Assembly: GCA_946965045.2 (NCBI GenBank)
Contig: OX337235.1
Span: 806,001-870,000, forward strand
Direction of reading: 5' to 3'
Origin: Epithemia pelagica
Taxonomy: Eukaryota > Protista > Bacillariophyta
DNA: 64,000 nt
Made by a program: the position numbers and the translations under genes. Positions 1-11,877 of the stretch are shown piece by piece. Under the pieces are notes generated by a model. The model had not been told where the DNA came from, searched no databases, and saw only the letters and a list, made by a program, of their open reading frames with translations. The number at the start of each line of letters is the position of its first letter. The stretch's first letter is position 1.

Positions 1-654
1 GTCCAGGAGAGAGTGTTCCAAGAGTCAAGCGATCTGCCCAAAAGGGTGGTCCGTACAACAACTACCTTGGTAGTTCGGTCCTGGCTTTGTTTTGAAATCA
101 GTTCCGATGGATACCGAGCGGATTACCCCTTCTGTTTCTTGAGAGAACGACTCCGTACCACGTTCACAGAAATCACCAAGACTATTCCATGGCAAATCAT
201 CCCATTCCGCAACTTTCTCCAGAATCAGTTGCCATGCTGCGCTGCGCACACATTATGTGTGTGTTCGGGTGCTGTGGAACGGCATGGCCGGAAATCCAAC
301 GATACTACGACAAGAGAGAAATCACACTCCGACAAAACGAAGGGCCCTGTAGGAGGAACTCAAACGAGTACACATACACATGCACATCAACGGACAGGGG
401 AAACGAGATACGACACTGTCATTTCCTTCCTCCCAATAATAAGGTTGTCCGGGCAGCCGTGTCTTGGGGCACTGCACTTGGTGTGTTACTTGGATTCCCG
501 CTCCTGACGTCAAACATGAGTTGATGGTGTCAGACCGGATGCGAGCGAGCGCACGTTCGCTTCCTGTTCTCTTTTCCATCATGGTAATCCTTTGTGTTTT
601 GGTCTCACAAAACTCTTATCCGAACTGATTTGATTTCAAAATCCCTGATCATGT

Positions 655-2250
655 ATGATATCGATTGTAACAAGCAGCATGAACGTACTACAATGCAAAC
701 AGCAACCACTCATTGGAAGAAAACGAGAAGAAGAAGAAGAAGAAGAAGAAAAGGACCTTGTCGACGACGAATCGCACGAGCAGAGTCTTCGTTGTAGTGA
801 ACTGGACCAGATTTTGCTCTTGGCCTCCACATGGGAACAAGGCAAGGCGGGGCAACGTCGATTGGACGATGGAACCCTGCCGGGTTGGTATGAATGGTCC
901 CAACGGTATCCCCAACGCAACCACAAGGTCCGTATCTGTCAAGGCCGGTCCGAATGGAGACGTGCACTCGTGGATTCCCGACACCCCAACCGTGTGGCGG
1001 TTGTGTCGTGGAATATTCTCTCGGATCATTGGGTGCGACAATCCACCTATCAACACATTGGATCCGAAGGTGTAACGTGGAGCAAGCAGTTTCCCGCACT
1101 GGTCGACTGGTGGCAAGCCTTTGGCCCCGTGGACGTGTTGGCCTTGCAAGAAGTGGACTATGGGAAATACGACTCGTTCATTCGACCCACGTTGTAAGCC
1201 TTGGGATATAGTAGTGTCTTGCAACGTCCCCGGAAACCAAGTTCGCAACAACCCTGTGGTGTGGCCACCTTTTGGAAGACCCACCAATGGCAACTCGTGG
1301 AATGGGAAGCCTCCTCGCGGTGCCTCGTGACACTCTTACGCCGTCGTTGCCACTCCAGTGACGGCACTCCGCATGAATCCGCAACTCGAGGCCGCAACAC
1401 ACTGATGGCCATTGTCAATGTTCACTTGGAATCGGCGCAGTCGGAAGCGGGCGCCGAACGACGGGCGCGACAATTGGATTCCGCCCTCAAACGGGCCTCC
1501 AAGCTGTGTGCACGACAACAAGAGCACGATTCTCACACCACGACTAGGATTCCATGGATTGTCTGTGGCGATTTCAATACCGGTGCCGATTCCTTTTTGT
1601 TCCATTCGCTTCGTGGTCAGGAATCCTCGTGGCATGGCGGTCCCTCCTTGGCTTCGGTGTACGAACATGCCGACACGGCCCAGACGCTGCCCGTCAATAG
1701 AGCCACCTATGCCGAACCACACCATCATTACGTCATTGACCATGTCTTGTATTCCCACAACTCGCTCCAATTGGACTGTGCCCTCAATGCCTTGACACCA
1801 CACGAGATTGCCAAGCACTTGGGACCCCGAGGCACGATTGATCAAGGATTTCCTACCGCCTTTTTGCCCTCGGATCATATCCCCGTCGGCGCCATGTTTT
1901 CCTGGAGCGACCGTGTGGAATTGGACTGTACTCCAGCGTCGGAATCCATTCAGGACGACCACCAAGTGTCGTCCGAGTCACGGGCGTCATCCAATACGAC
2001 GGCACTCTTCGAGGAAGGGCGTCCTGTATCGTCCGACCGTCTCGCCGAGCTGCAATCCGAATGGGACCAGCTCCAATCCGAAAAACCACGTCGGGTGCGG
2101 GGCAAACCCAGTCCCGATCAAATTGCCGAACGACGGGCCTATGCGTCCACCGTCAAGGCGTGGTGGCATCGGGTCGTTCAAGAGAGTACGCATCGAGGAG
2201 AAGTGGACTTTGTCCATCATCTCTTGAAGGAAACCAAACTCACCAAGTAA
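655..2250 (+). pseudogene. EEP-superfamily phosphodiesterase (CCR4/nocturnin/PDE12-like) with one in-frame TAA at 1195-1197
   Basis: ORFs 655-1197 and 1201-2250 are in the same frame. Together they carry the EEP motifs in order: VVSWNIL, LALQEVD, NVHLES, IVCGDFN, IDHVLYS, PSDHIPV. The break reads FIRPTL*ALGYS, where CAA (Gln) would fit. Confidence 0.8.
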
Positions 2251-3814
2251 TGGACTAGAATAGGTTGTTGTAGGATCTCGAGACCTGGGAAGACAACATA
2301 ACCATTCACGGACTCAGGATATATATAGTGTATGTGAGTGTCGTTTCCAGTCCATCGATATGGTGGAACGCCGGGGTTCCCGAATGACACTGGAGCTCGA
2401 ATGGAGCATTTTCAATTGTACACGAGTACTAGGTACCACATTGCACGACTACACACATCTCCTACCATGACTTACGATAGCTATCCCTGTACTAGAGAGC
2501 CTTTGCGAATTGCTTCCATGCAGTAATAGATGGATCTGCATGCAAGTGTGGGAATCCACAGAGACCGCAACAAGATACATGAATACTATACACATACCAA
2601 AAACTTGGGTAAGTGTTACGAGGACGCATCATGAATAGTTGGTGCATATTGTCACAAGAAGAACAAACGGATTGTTCACGCCGAGTTGCTGCTGAAGCAC
2701 CATGTCCCGATGGTGCTTCATCGGGACCACAAGAGGCTCCTCAAATAATAATGGGTCCTCCAGACTCCAGAGGATCATCCTGAAAAAGAAGCAAACTGGA
2801 TGGCGTCTGGCTGCTGCAATCGTGTGTCGTGGTGTCCGATGCACCGAACACAAAACAGACAAGACGAAAACAAACAAGTGCAACGGCAGACCATGGCATT
2901 CTGGTAGAATGAAAAGTTCACACACAGTTCACTCCGAGTCACCAGAATCTCTTTCATCAGTCATCCTCAGGAATCTTTGTCATTTGGTTGCATAAGCCGA
3001 GTGAGGATTGAGGATTCAGGATCTTCCACAATCAACAATCATCATATCCATAATCCATTCACACATGCATACCTCGAATCTTGTTCCATGGGCCAACCTC
3101 GTCCACATTCTGGAGGCTAGCTAGAGATAGAAGAACGCACTGTCACGTGGCGCTAGAGGGTTCTGGCTTCTGGCGGGATTACCACAAATGAAAAAGTGGG
3201 ACTGAACAGGAGTCATTTTTTCTAGGAGTAGATAGACCTCCCTCGTGCTCCTCTAGTCCTCTATACCTAGAGTCTATCGTTGAGGACCGTTATCCCAACG
3301 ACTATAGCAGCGGGTAGAGGCAATAATACACGAGTACACACCGACGGTTCTGGATCTGGAGGGATTACCACACAAATAGAAAGTGGGACTCAACAGAGAT
3401 AGGAGCAATTACGAGCATTTCTATACGTCTAGAGTAGAGAGTGAGGGGACATCCGTGGACAAAAGCACTCCTAAGAGTAGGAAAGGATGCGGGAGTACGG
3501 GAGTAGTATAGAGTATGTTTTCCTGTCGAAATTCTAGAGAGAGATCTGCAAAGAAAACTGGCCTTTCGAACAAATTGAAAAAGTAGAATGGATTCCCACA
3601 AAATACTGGTGGGTATTCCCGACTTGATGAGTTCTTGTTCAGTCAAGTGGAAGTTGAAAGAGGGAATTCATCGACAGGAGGCATCAACTGGGCAGTGTTA
3701 CAACATGCGCAGTATGCTGCGTGTTGATACGGCTATGGACCAAAGCTCATCATCCCTCCCTCCTGTCTTCATAAAAAGAAGTAAAGGGTTTCCGCAAGAG
3801 CCAGAAGAGTAACC

Positions 3815-5009
3815 ATGTTTTCACATGCGACTATCTTCCAGGCCTGGAGTAAGTGCGAGCACACAATGGACACCTTGAAAGAGGAGAGCAATGCCAATAA
3901 CTTGTTGAACGACTTTTCTCACATCCGATTCAAATGTGAAAGTGGCCTTTCTCTGCTTCGTTTTCTGCTTGATTTCAGTGGTGGGATTCTTCCTTCAGTT
4001 CCGTCTGGAATCGAATGGTGACCAACAAAAGCTTCTGGACTACAAGCTTACCATTTTCTTCATGTACCCTTACTTCCGCCTCGTGGTACATTCCATCACA
4101 CATCAGGTACTCAATTCCACAAGCCGTATCTATGCCAAGATGCCCGATGGACTGCTACGTGATTGTGCATTCATGTGCGTCGACGGCCCTTCGTTCTTCA
4201 TGTGGGTGCCCCTGACGCTGTATCTCTTGATCGTGATCCTCCAGGAACAAGATCACGAAGCAGTCATGGCAAGAATTGGCCCCCTCATTTATGTTGGATC
4301 CGTTACCTATCAGTTGGATCGTTTCATTCATGTGTTTAACGCCTTTCGGCTGGATCGTTTTGTCCATCACTTTCTCACCTGCGTATGGATGTTGTTTGTT
4401 TTGGAATGGACACCCGCCAAGTTTTGGGATTACTCCTTTCTCATTTTTGCGTGGACCAATGACATTTGCACGGGACGTGTCTGTTACTTTTGGGTGTTTG
4501 TGGCTCGCTTTGCGCGACGCCACGCCCGGCAATCGACAACGTGGGACATTGATTCTTCTTGTGAGGGCACCGATCGCGTCATTCTCCCCAAGTCTCTCCA
4601 GCGCCTGGCGTTGTATGGAAAACTGGTGTGCCTTCATTGCTTCCTCTTCTCCTTTGTGGCTGCCATCAGCCTCGAAGCCCTGTATTTGGTTCGGTACCAG
4701 GACGAGATTCATATCATGTGGAAGATTGCGGTGTACCCCATGTTGGTCTTCTACCTGTGCTTGGACAAGTCCTCGTGGGTGAGTTATTACAAGTTTGCCC
4801 AAGAGAGTTACTGGATGCATTTGTTGCAGATGAATGATACTAATGAGAAAGATGATGACAAGGATGGCTCAAACATGGGGAGTTCCGACGATGGCACAGT
4901 CGACTGGACCACCATGGATTCTTCTAGCCGAGCGATCCGCATTGACGACATTTTGGAAGAACCCAGTGGTTTTATGGGAACACCAGACGGTCCTTCCCAA
5001 AATGTGTAG
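3815..5009 (+). CDS. Multi-pass membrane protein, possibly TLC-domain-like; exons 3815-3848 and 3979-5009
   Basis: Several hydrophobic helices, a DRFVHHFLT motif and an acidic C-terminal tail. An intron 3849-3978 (GTAAGT...TTTCAG) joins the two frames in phase 1. The start and family are uncertain. Confidence 0.5.
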
Positions 5010-6408
5010 GTTTCTTTGTCACCCATTGTGTGTTCGACCCAGAACCACCCCAGTCACCGTCCTATCCGGCCGGAGTGCGAGCCAATTTTGTACATTGGAG
5101 AGATTCAGTCACCCAAAAGATATATATATATATATATCCATAAGTAGAAATGATTTTGTTTTTGAAACTTGCTCCCTTCCAGAAGGCCAGAGTAGTCCAT
5201 CAGATCCTCCGTATGCCGATCAACCATTGTGGAGAGAAGAACTCGGGTTCGCAAGGACCGTCCAGATCGACTACCATTGGTTGCGACGAGAGGCAGCAAC
5301 AACACCCGAACTACCTAGATTTCGTGACAGGAGGGCGAAAACATGTCTTCGGGGCGGAATCTTTCGTGGTCGACCATCACGCCGGCCTCCTCTTATTATG
5401 ACGACGGATGCGACGGCGCGGTAATTTTGACGGAAAATTCTTCAAGAAGGCTCGTAAATTTTGGGAGCATTTACGCTTGTGTCGGAATCGGATTGCTACC
5501 CGCTACCCGCTCTACTGAAACTGTGTGCGTTCTCGACTACTACTGGAGACTTTCAAAGTCATTCCAGTAGTACTATTGTGGATGATTGATAATGTCTTCT
5601 GGAGAAAGGCGTAGGAGAGTGGGTCTGTTGGATGCTGCCGTTCTTTTTTTGTCAGAGAGAGCGAAAAGCCGAACCCTCTTTATCCAAGGGAACATTGAGT
5701 TTGAACTCTCTCTTCTCTCTCTAGATTCCACAGGGAGGGGACCGATACCCGCTCCTATACTCTCTTGCTCGAATCTGCAGGCAAAAGTTCCATCATGATT
5801 CACAATGAATGTGTGGTTTGCCACAAAGATCTCGCTCCTTTCTCGAACTACCAAGGTACCTCTAGCTAGTAGGAGTAGCGAATAGGTAGGCAACCGTTGA
5901 TCGAGTGGTCCACCGCACCACAACCATTCTCTAGATGGAGAACCAAGTACGGGAGTTCCAGTTTCCATAATGTGTGGACGAAATCTACCTACTATATAGA
6001 AAGTCCGCGTTCTACCCTCCACACTATTCTCTCTCTGCTATCTACCTATGGTCACCTAGCTAGAGTAGATGCAGTCCCCGAGGATGGAATCGTGTCTCAC
6101 GCACTGCTAGGCTATCTACCTATAATAGGGCGGTCCTCCGCCTCCCTTCTTCGTTGGGAACCATGGCGCGTCGTTGCATCCATCCAATGCATGTGTGTGT
6201 GTCGACCACAAAAAGATACCAGTACGGAAATACACATGGCGGCAAACGGTCTCATTGTTTTTTGTTTTCACAGCCGCAGCAAACGACACACCCAGCATCC
6301 AGAGAAGAAACAACCACCACCACACATATTTATATACATACACAGCGCCATTGTACCCCCGAACAAAGATTTGGTGTGTGGGATATCATTGTGGAACAAC
6401 GATATACC

Positions 6409-9400
6409 ATGAGAGTCACCCAACCCACCACCACCAAAACCCGAGCGACCAAGCAGGACGGCGACGACAGGGCCCCAAAGAACCGTGATGACGACGACAA
6501 CGACAACGACAACAAGACGAACGGAGGATTCTCGACTGTCGTTGGTGGTGGAAGGATGATGGTACCACTGCTCGTAGTAGTACTCGTCATGTTCCTGGTG
6601 GCACCGTCGGTAATCTTGATCCCGACTACCACGGGACTCGAGGACGACGACAAGGCCAACCATCACCAACGTGTGGTTGCGGATCGGGAGCGGGATCCTT
6701 TTGGTTTGTTTCGTCGTCTTGTCCCGCAAAAGGACGACGGTGACAACCACCACCACGACGAGACGTTTGGTCGTACCAAGCAGAGAAGCATCACCACCCA
6801 CACTCACCCTGACAACCATGCCGGTGGCGGCAAGGGACCACGAGGACTCGTCGTCTTGACATCGACATTTATCTTGATGGCGGAGGCCAATCTCAATGCC
6901 TTGATTGTCGTCAATGTGGAGACGTCGGTCGTGCACGCCGTGATTCCCTTGCACGACACGTCTCGATACCATCCGCCCCTCCACAACAACAAGAATGATT
7001 CTACGTCGTTGTCGTATTTGGACCATTGGATCAACCCCTTGCACATTTCCACTTGTTGGACGTGTCGCAGTGTCTATATTGTCGGTGTGCATTCCATTCC
7101 CCTGGAGGAAAAAGAACCACCCAACAGATTGTCGCCGTTGTCGCCCTCACGCTTGTATCAGCTCGTCTTGCCACATTCCTGGAAGTACCTTTTGGAGCAC
7201 AAGCAGGACCAGCCGTTGTTCGAGTCGTTGTTGTGGCACAACACGATGAACATTTCTCGTGATTTGATCAGGCTCCCGTCACCGTCCGTATCTACGCCAA
7301 GCAGTACTACTACCAAAAGTTCCTTTGTGGCACGGCCCCAAAGAATGGTCGTCAACGCCAATGGAACCATGGTGTACCTCTTGCATCCCACGACGGGTCT
7401 CTGGACCATGCCTGTCCAAGACAATCACACAAACAGTAACCAGAAGTGGACTCGATTTCTCCGTGTGAGTGAGTTGGGCGTCCAGGGATGGTTGCACACA
7501 CTCAATCTCGTGGAAGACGACGAGCGATTGCTGGTCACGACGCATCAAGGACAAGTGGTGCAGATTGACATTCGGACCAAACGAATTGTCCAAGCGCACG
7601 GGCTCTTTTTGGATGGACATTGTGAACCAGAAGAAGCAACAGAATCTGAAGCGTCGGCGAAGGGTTGGATGGATTTGCAATCGTGGGTAGTGGTTCCATC
7701 AGCCTCCGCACTGCACAGTCAAATGACCACGAAGAATGCCACGACCGTTGACTCGCTGCAGCAGCAAGACCTCCTGGCCTATGCCTTTGTCAGTCGTCAT
7801 GCTCCTACCAACCAAGACTCGTCGTCGTCATGGCACGAGGAGGAGGACCACGTGTCAGGATGGGCCTTGTATCAAGTCTATGTATTCACCAGCCACAACA
7901 ACCAAAGCAACCACCAGAACCAGTCGTCCGTGTGTCACCGATTGGCGGGCAACGAACAGGAATCGCATTACCAGGGCAACAGCAAGAATAAGAGCAGTAG
8001 TAGTCTGTGGATTGATGGTCCGGGCAACGAGGCTCGATTTTCCCGTCCTCATGGCCTGGTCGTATTGCCAACCACCAACACCAAGAATCGTCAGTCCCAT
8101 CGATTGGACTTGATTGCGACGGATATGGACAATCGCGTGTTGCGACGCATTCAAGTCGATTCCACTTCCAAGAATCGTCATGACGCCAATAAGCCTGTCG
8201 TTCACGTGTCGACGGTCGACTATGATTCCGAGGGATTGTGGCAGAAGCTATATGGTCCCCCCAAGACAATGACGGCAAACCAAGACGAGGACGACGATAC
8301 CACCACCACCAAGACCCACTCGACAACACTGGTACCACAAATGGTGCGGATGCCTGATGCCGAGCATCCTCCCGTGACCCATGCAGTCATGCAAGAGGCT
8401 TGTCAAGGACCAGCGGAAGCAGCAGCAGGGGGTACCGAATGGCGCTTGTGTCACAACCACGAGCTACTCCAAACCACAATGACTAATACCCGGTTCGGGG
8501 ATACCACCTCCTCTATGCATTCTGAATGGCCAGTCACCACGACGGTTTGGACCGCAACGCCCTGTCACGGGTGTCGCTTGTCGCAACCCTCTCCATCCTG
8601 TTGGGAGGAGACCGACGCTGCGACGAGGACATGGGGAAGCGATTATTTCATGGCCACGACGGTTTCGTGGATGCCCACAAACGACGACGTCAGCAACAAC
8701 ACCACGAGGACGACATGGCACCCCCAGTGGCAAATGACGCGGTGTCTGCCTCGCGAGACCAACCTGGTTCAGGCCATAGATGTCGGGTTTTCACCAAATT
8801 CTTCCTTGTCGTCGCAGCATCCACAAGTCATTTGGGCAGCCTGTTGCGTACCCATGGACGACGCTCCCTCTTGTTACCAGCAGCCCTCCCCCAAAGAAAC
8901 CACTATTGTCGTGGGCATTGGGATTGTCATTGTCAGTATTGTCCTCCTCCTCGTCGTCCTTGGAATGGGAGTCGTGGCTTGGTATCGTGGCAACGGCCAA
9001 CAGCAACAACAACAACTGGGCAAACGATGGAAGCAACGACAAGCCCGTCACGATCAATTGCGCAACATTCATGCCAGCTACGATTGGGACACTCCTCCGG
9101 CGACACTACCAGGTGACGTGTCCTTTTCCACGTCATCCTTGTCGCCTGCTTCGTCTGCCTCCTCGTCTCCGATACGACGCCAAAATGGGTTTTCTTCGTG
9201 GTGGTTTCGAGACTCGACGCCGCCCCATTCGCCAGGACAAGAACAAGCTCACGAGGCGATTGGTGATGGAGTGGCATCAAATGTCCCTCCCGTCTTGACC
9301 ATGGACGATTATTTGCAACTCTTTGGCAATGGGGATTTGGATCGTCGAGGTCTCTTGTCGTCATTCAACAAGTCTGCGCGGAAGGACTCGCTGTGTGCTT

Positions 9401-9615
9401 CTCGTCCACGTCGCATGCGGCGCCAACGTTGTCGTGGGTTGACGCCCCACACCAGCCAACCGACCGACAACAACAACAGTAAGAGCCCGACGCGACATTC
9501 CAATTCCTTGTCCACATTGGAACGTCAGCATCGAGGAATGTCGAACGAGGATCCCTTGTCGCCATCCTCTGCTTCGTCGTGGTCGTCGTCCTCTCCGTCG
9601 GTGGAGTTTGTCTAG
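6409..9615 (+). CDS. Large membrane-anchored protein with an NHL/beta-propeller-like ectodomain and a Cys-rich, possibly C-type-lectin-like module
   Basis: Uninterrupted ORF of about 1070 codons from ATG 6409. It has an N-terminal hydrophobic segment (LLVVVLVMFLVAP), the NHL-type motif IDGPGNEARFSRPHGL, a WRLCHNHEL...WTATPCHGC segment, a C-terminal TM helix (IVVGIGIVIVSIVLLLVVLGMGVVAW) and a Ser-rich tail. Confidence 0.75.
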   Translation: MRVTQPTTTKTRATKQDGDDRAPKNRDDDDNDNDNKTNGGFSTVVGGGRMMVPLLVVVLVMFLVAPSVILIPTTTGLEDDDKANHHQRVVADRERDPFGLFRRLVPQKDDGDNHHHDETFGRTKQRSITTHTHPDNHAGGGKGPRGLVVLTSTFILMAEANLNALIVVNVETSVVHAVIPLHDTSRYHPPLHNNKNDSTSLSYLDHWINPLHISTCWTCRSVYIVGVHSIPLEEKEPPNRLSPLSPSRLYQLVLPHSWKYLLEHKQDQPLFESLLWHNTMNISRDLIRLPSPSVSTPSSTTTKSSFVARPQRMVVNANGTMVYLLHPTTGLWTMPVQDNHTNSNQKWTRFLRVSELGVQGWLHTLNLVEDDERLLVTTHQGQVVQIDIRTKRIVQAHGLFLDGHCEPEEATESEASAKGWMDLQSWVVVPSASALHSQMTTKNATTVDSLQQQDLLAYAFVSRHAPTNQDSSSSWHEEEDHVSGWALYQVYVFTSHNNQSNHQNQSSVCHRLAGNEQESHYQGNSKNKSSSSLWIDGPGNEARFSRPHGLVVLPTTNTKNRQSHRLDLIATDMDNRVLRRIQVDSTSKNRHDANKPVVHVSTVDYDSEGLWQKLYGPPKTMTANQDEDDDTTTTKTHSTTLVPQMVRMPDAEHPPVTHAVMQEACQGPAEAAAGGTEWRLCHNHELLQTTMTNTRFGDTTSSMHSEWPVTTTVWTATPCHGCRLSQPSPSCWEETDAATRTWGSDYFMATTVSWMPTNDDVSNNTTRTTWHPQWQMTRCLPRETNLVQAIDVGFSPNSSLSSQHPQVIWAACCVPMDDAPSCYQQPSPKETTIVVGIGIVIVSIVLLLVVLGMGVVAWYRGNGQQQQQQLGKRWKQRQARHDQLRNIHASYDWDTPPATLPGDVSFSTSSLSPASSASSSPIRRQNGFSSWWFRDSTPPHSPGQEQAHEAIGDGVASNVPPVLTMDDYLQLFGNGDLDRRGLLSSFNKSARKDSLCASRPRRMRRQRCRGLTPHTSQPTDNNNSKSPTRHSNSLSTLERQHRGMSNEDPLSPSSASSWSSSSPSVEFV

Positions 9616-10031
9616 AGTGTACCAGAACACAGTGTCCGTGGGAGAACCATCCTGTAAGTGAATCCACCACACAGTACCTGCTTTCGAATCGAGAAGTTGG
9701 AAGGAGAACCGCATTACCTTAGAATGGCATCCGATGATAATACTGTAGAAGAAACAACGACGCCAATACTGTGTAGGTTCCATCATTGTTTGTCATGGTC
9801 CATGATTCCGCCGGTTCTAGAATAGTAATAGATGTGTATTAGTGCGCTCATGATAAAAGTGTCGTATATAGAGTTGCATGACTGTGCCTTGTAGGGTTTG
9901 AACGCAATCACACACAACGACAATATCATGCAACAGGATCTCTGTCGTCTCGCTGATTTCGTTGTAGATCCATGATGCAGGGTAGATCTAGTCATGTGTT
10001 GATGGGGAAGTTTTAGTTTTTTGGATCGCCT

Positions 10032-10209
10032 TGTATAAATCCTGCCACTACACGCTACAACACGGTGTATACGGCGAGCAACAAGTGGCTAGACCAAAAT
10101 TATGACTAGAAAACTACCTAGATGCGTAGCAGCATATGTAGGCGATGCATATTCGCCAATATGCGACCATGTATCCGCCAATATGCGACCTGTTGGCGGG
10201 ATTTATTCA
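10032..10209 (-). repeat. 3' LTR of copia element A (178 bp)
   Basis: On the minus strand it reads TGAATAAATCC...GGATTTATACA (10/11 terminal inverted repeat). It is preceded by the PPT-like GCGGGGAC (10210-10217) and lies just downstream of the RNase H ORF. No second copy was seen in the window. Confidence 0.75.
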
Positions 10210-10364
10210 GTCCCCGCGAGCTAGATCGGAAGCATTTCGACTAGGTCGCCCACGACTTGTTTCAGCAGAGGCCGGTCCATCAGGACTATTTTTTCTCAAT
10301 TAAGAGGGGTGTCTATTCGGACAATAAAAGAGGGGGTGTGAGGACAATGAATTCGATCATGTAA

Positions 10365-11877
10365 TCACCACAAAACACGTTGTGCTAGAAAACGCAATCG
10401 GGGTCCTGGTAACGATTTTGTCAGCAGGTCGGCAAGATTGGTTTCACCTTCTTCCCAGGCGATACGCACGATGTTGGCGGCTTGTGCCTCACGTGTGCAA
10501 TGGTAAGCAATCGCATTGTGTTTCTTCTTCAGAGTGACTTCAGGCATGGTTGCACTCTTGAACACAGATTCATTATCACAGAACACAGTGGTTTCGCCAT
10601 CAAGTGGAATGCCCATCATTCTCAACTTGTAACGGAAACCCTCTATCTGTTCGATGGCAGTCTTCATTGCGACAAATTCGGAGCCAAATGTTGATGTCTC
10701 AACAGTACTCTGTCGTTTGGAATACCACAAGATAGGTGCTCGTTGTAAGAACATAAGAATACCAGTTTGTGAGCGACGCGTAGCAAGACAACCAGCGTGA
10801 TCGGCATCAACAAAACAAGTTGTGGTAACAGCCCGTCCACGAGGTGGTGGCATATTGGGCGGCAAAGGGTCACTAGCATCAGGGTAGTATTCAGACCAGT
10901 CTGCCTGGAAGAAACGATCCTCGTCGAAGGTCGGAGTTGCGTCGTCGAACACAAGGGTGGAACGTCCATGCGCTTTTAGGTATGCAAAAATGTGCAAGGC
11001 TTGTTCGAGGTGTCCTTCACGTGGCATGGCTAGATATCGGGACAGTTGTGATACGGCAACAATGATATCGATACAACCAAGTTCCACAACCCAACGAAGG
11101 ATACCAATTAGTCCCTGATAGTAATTTGCACGTCGGGGGTCCAGTTCAGGAGATGAGTCGATCTCAGGACGATACCCAGTGGCAAGCGGAGTTGAGACTC
11201 GTGTCTGTAGCTTTTGGCCAACTTTAGACAGTTCGGTCTCAATTTCAGATATGGCACGTTTAACATATTTGTCGGAGGACATGGCCCATCGGGGTTTGTT
11301 CTCAGGATCGTCAGTATCTGGTATGGTATAGTGTCGAATCTCAGATCCCAAGTATTCGTCTGGGTCTTTAATACTCTCGGGTTTGATTGTATACCGTTTT
11401 TCCAGATCATTCATGATCAATTGCGGATCATGACTGACACAGAGTATGTCGTCTATGTAGACAAGTACATACTCATAGTATTGGAACCCATCAGATGGTC
11501 GGACTTGAGGTCGAAGCCAGACATCAGGGTCAGCCAAGCAACTGTTGAACTTCATTTAACGAAGTGTTGCGGCAATGTGATCACGCCAACGAGCAGCAGA
11601 ACTCTTCAAACCATACAGAGCACGAACAATCAGTGCAGGTCGGCCAACGTTTTCGGGACCAAATTCCAGTCCCGCCGTAATATAAGTTCGCTCTTTTGTT
11701 GGTGCATTGAGGTATGCATTTTGTACGTCCCCGGCCAACACGTCCAGGCCATTAAGGGCAGCGATAGTGAATGCAATTCGTACGCTATCACGGGATACAA
11801 CACTGGAGTACGTGGATTCCTTCGGTGGATCAGTCTTATGCCCGCCGGCAACCAGTCGGGCTTTACGGCGAAGATCC
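10365..11877 (-). pseudogene. RT-RNase H part of element A pol; in-frame TAA at 11556-11558
   Basis: Motifs RKARLVAGGH, TYSSVVSRDSVR, DVQNAYL, ALYGLKSS, YIDDIL, FVDADHAG, ETSTFGSEF and NLADLLTK. The two ORF pieces (11556-11945 and 10365-11555) share one frame. Confidence 0.9.

Noticed and set aside
1194-1211. 18-nt GT...AG mini-intron that would remove the EEP stop
   Set aside because: Far shorter than the other introns here (78-136 nt), and it would delete the ALGY segment expected in this family.
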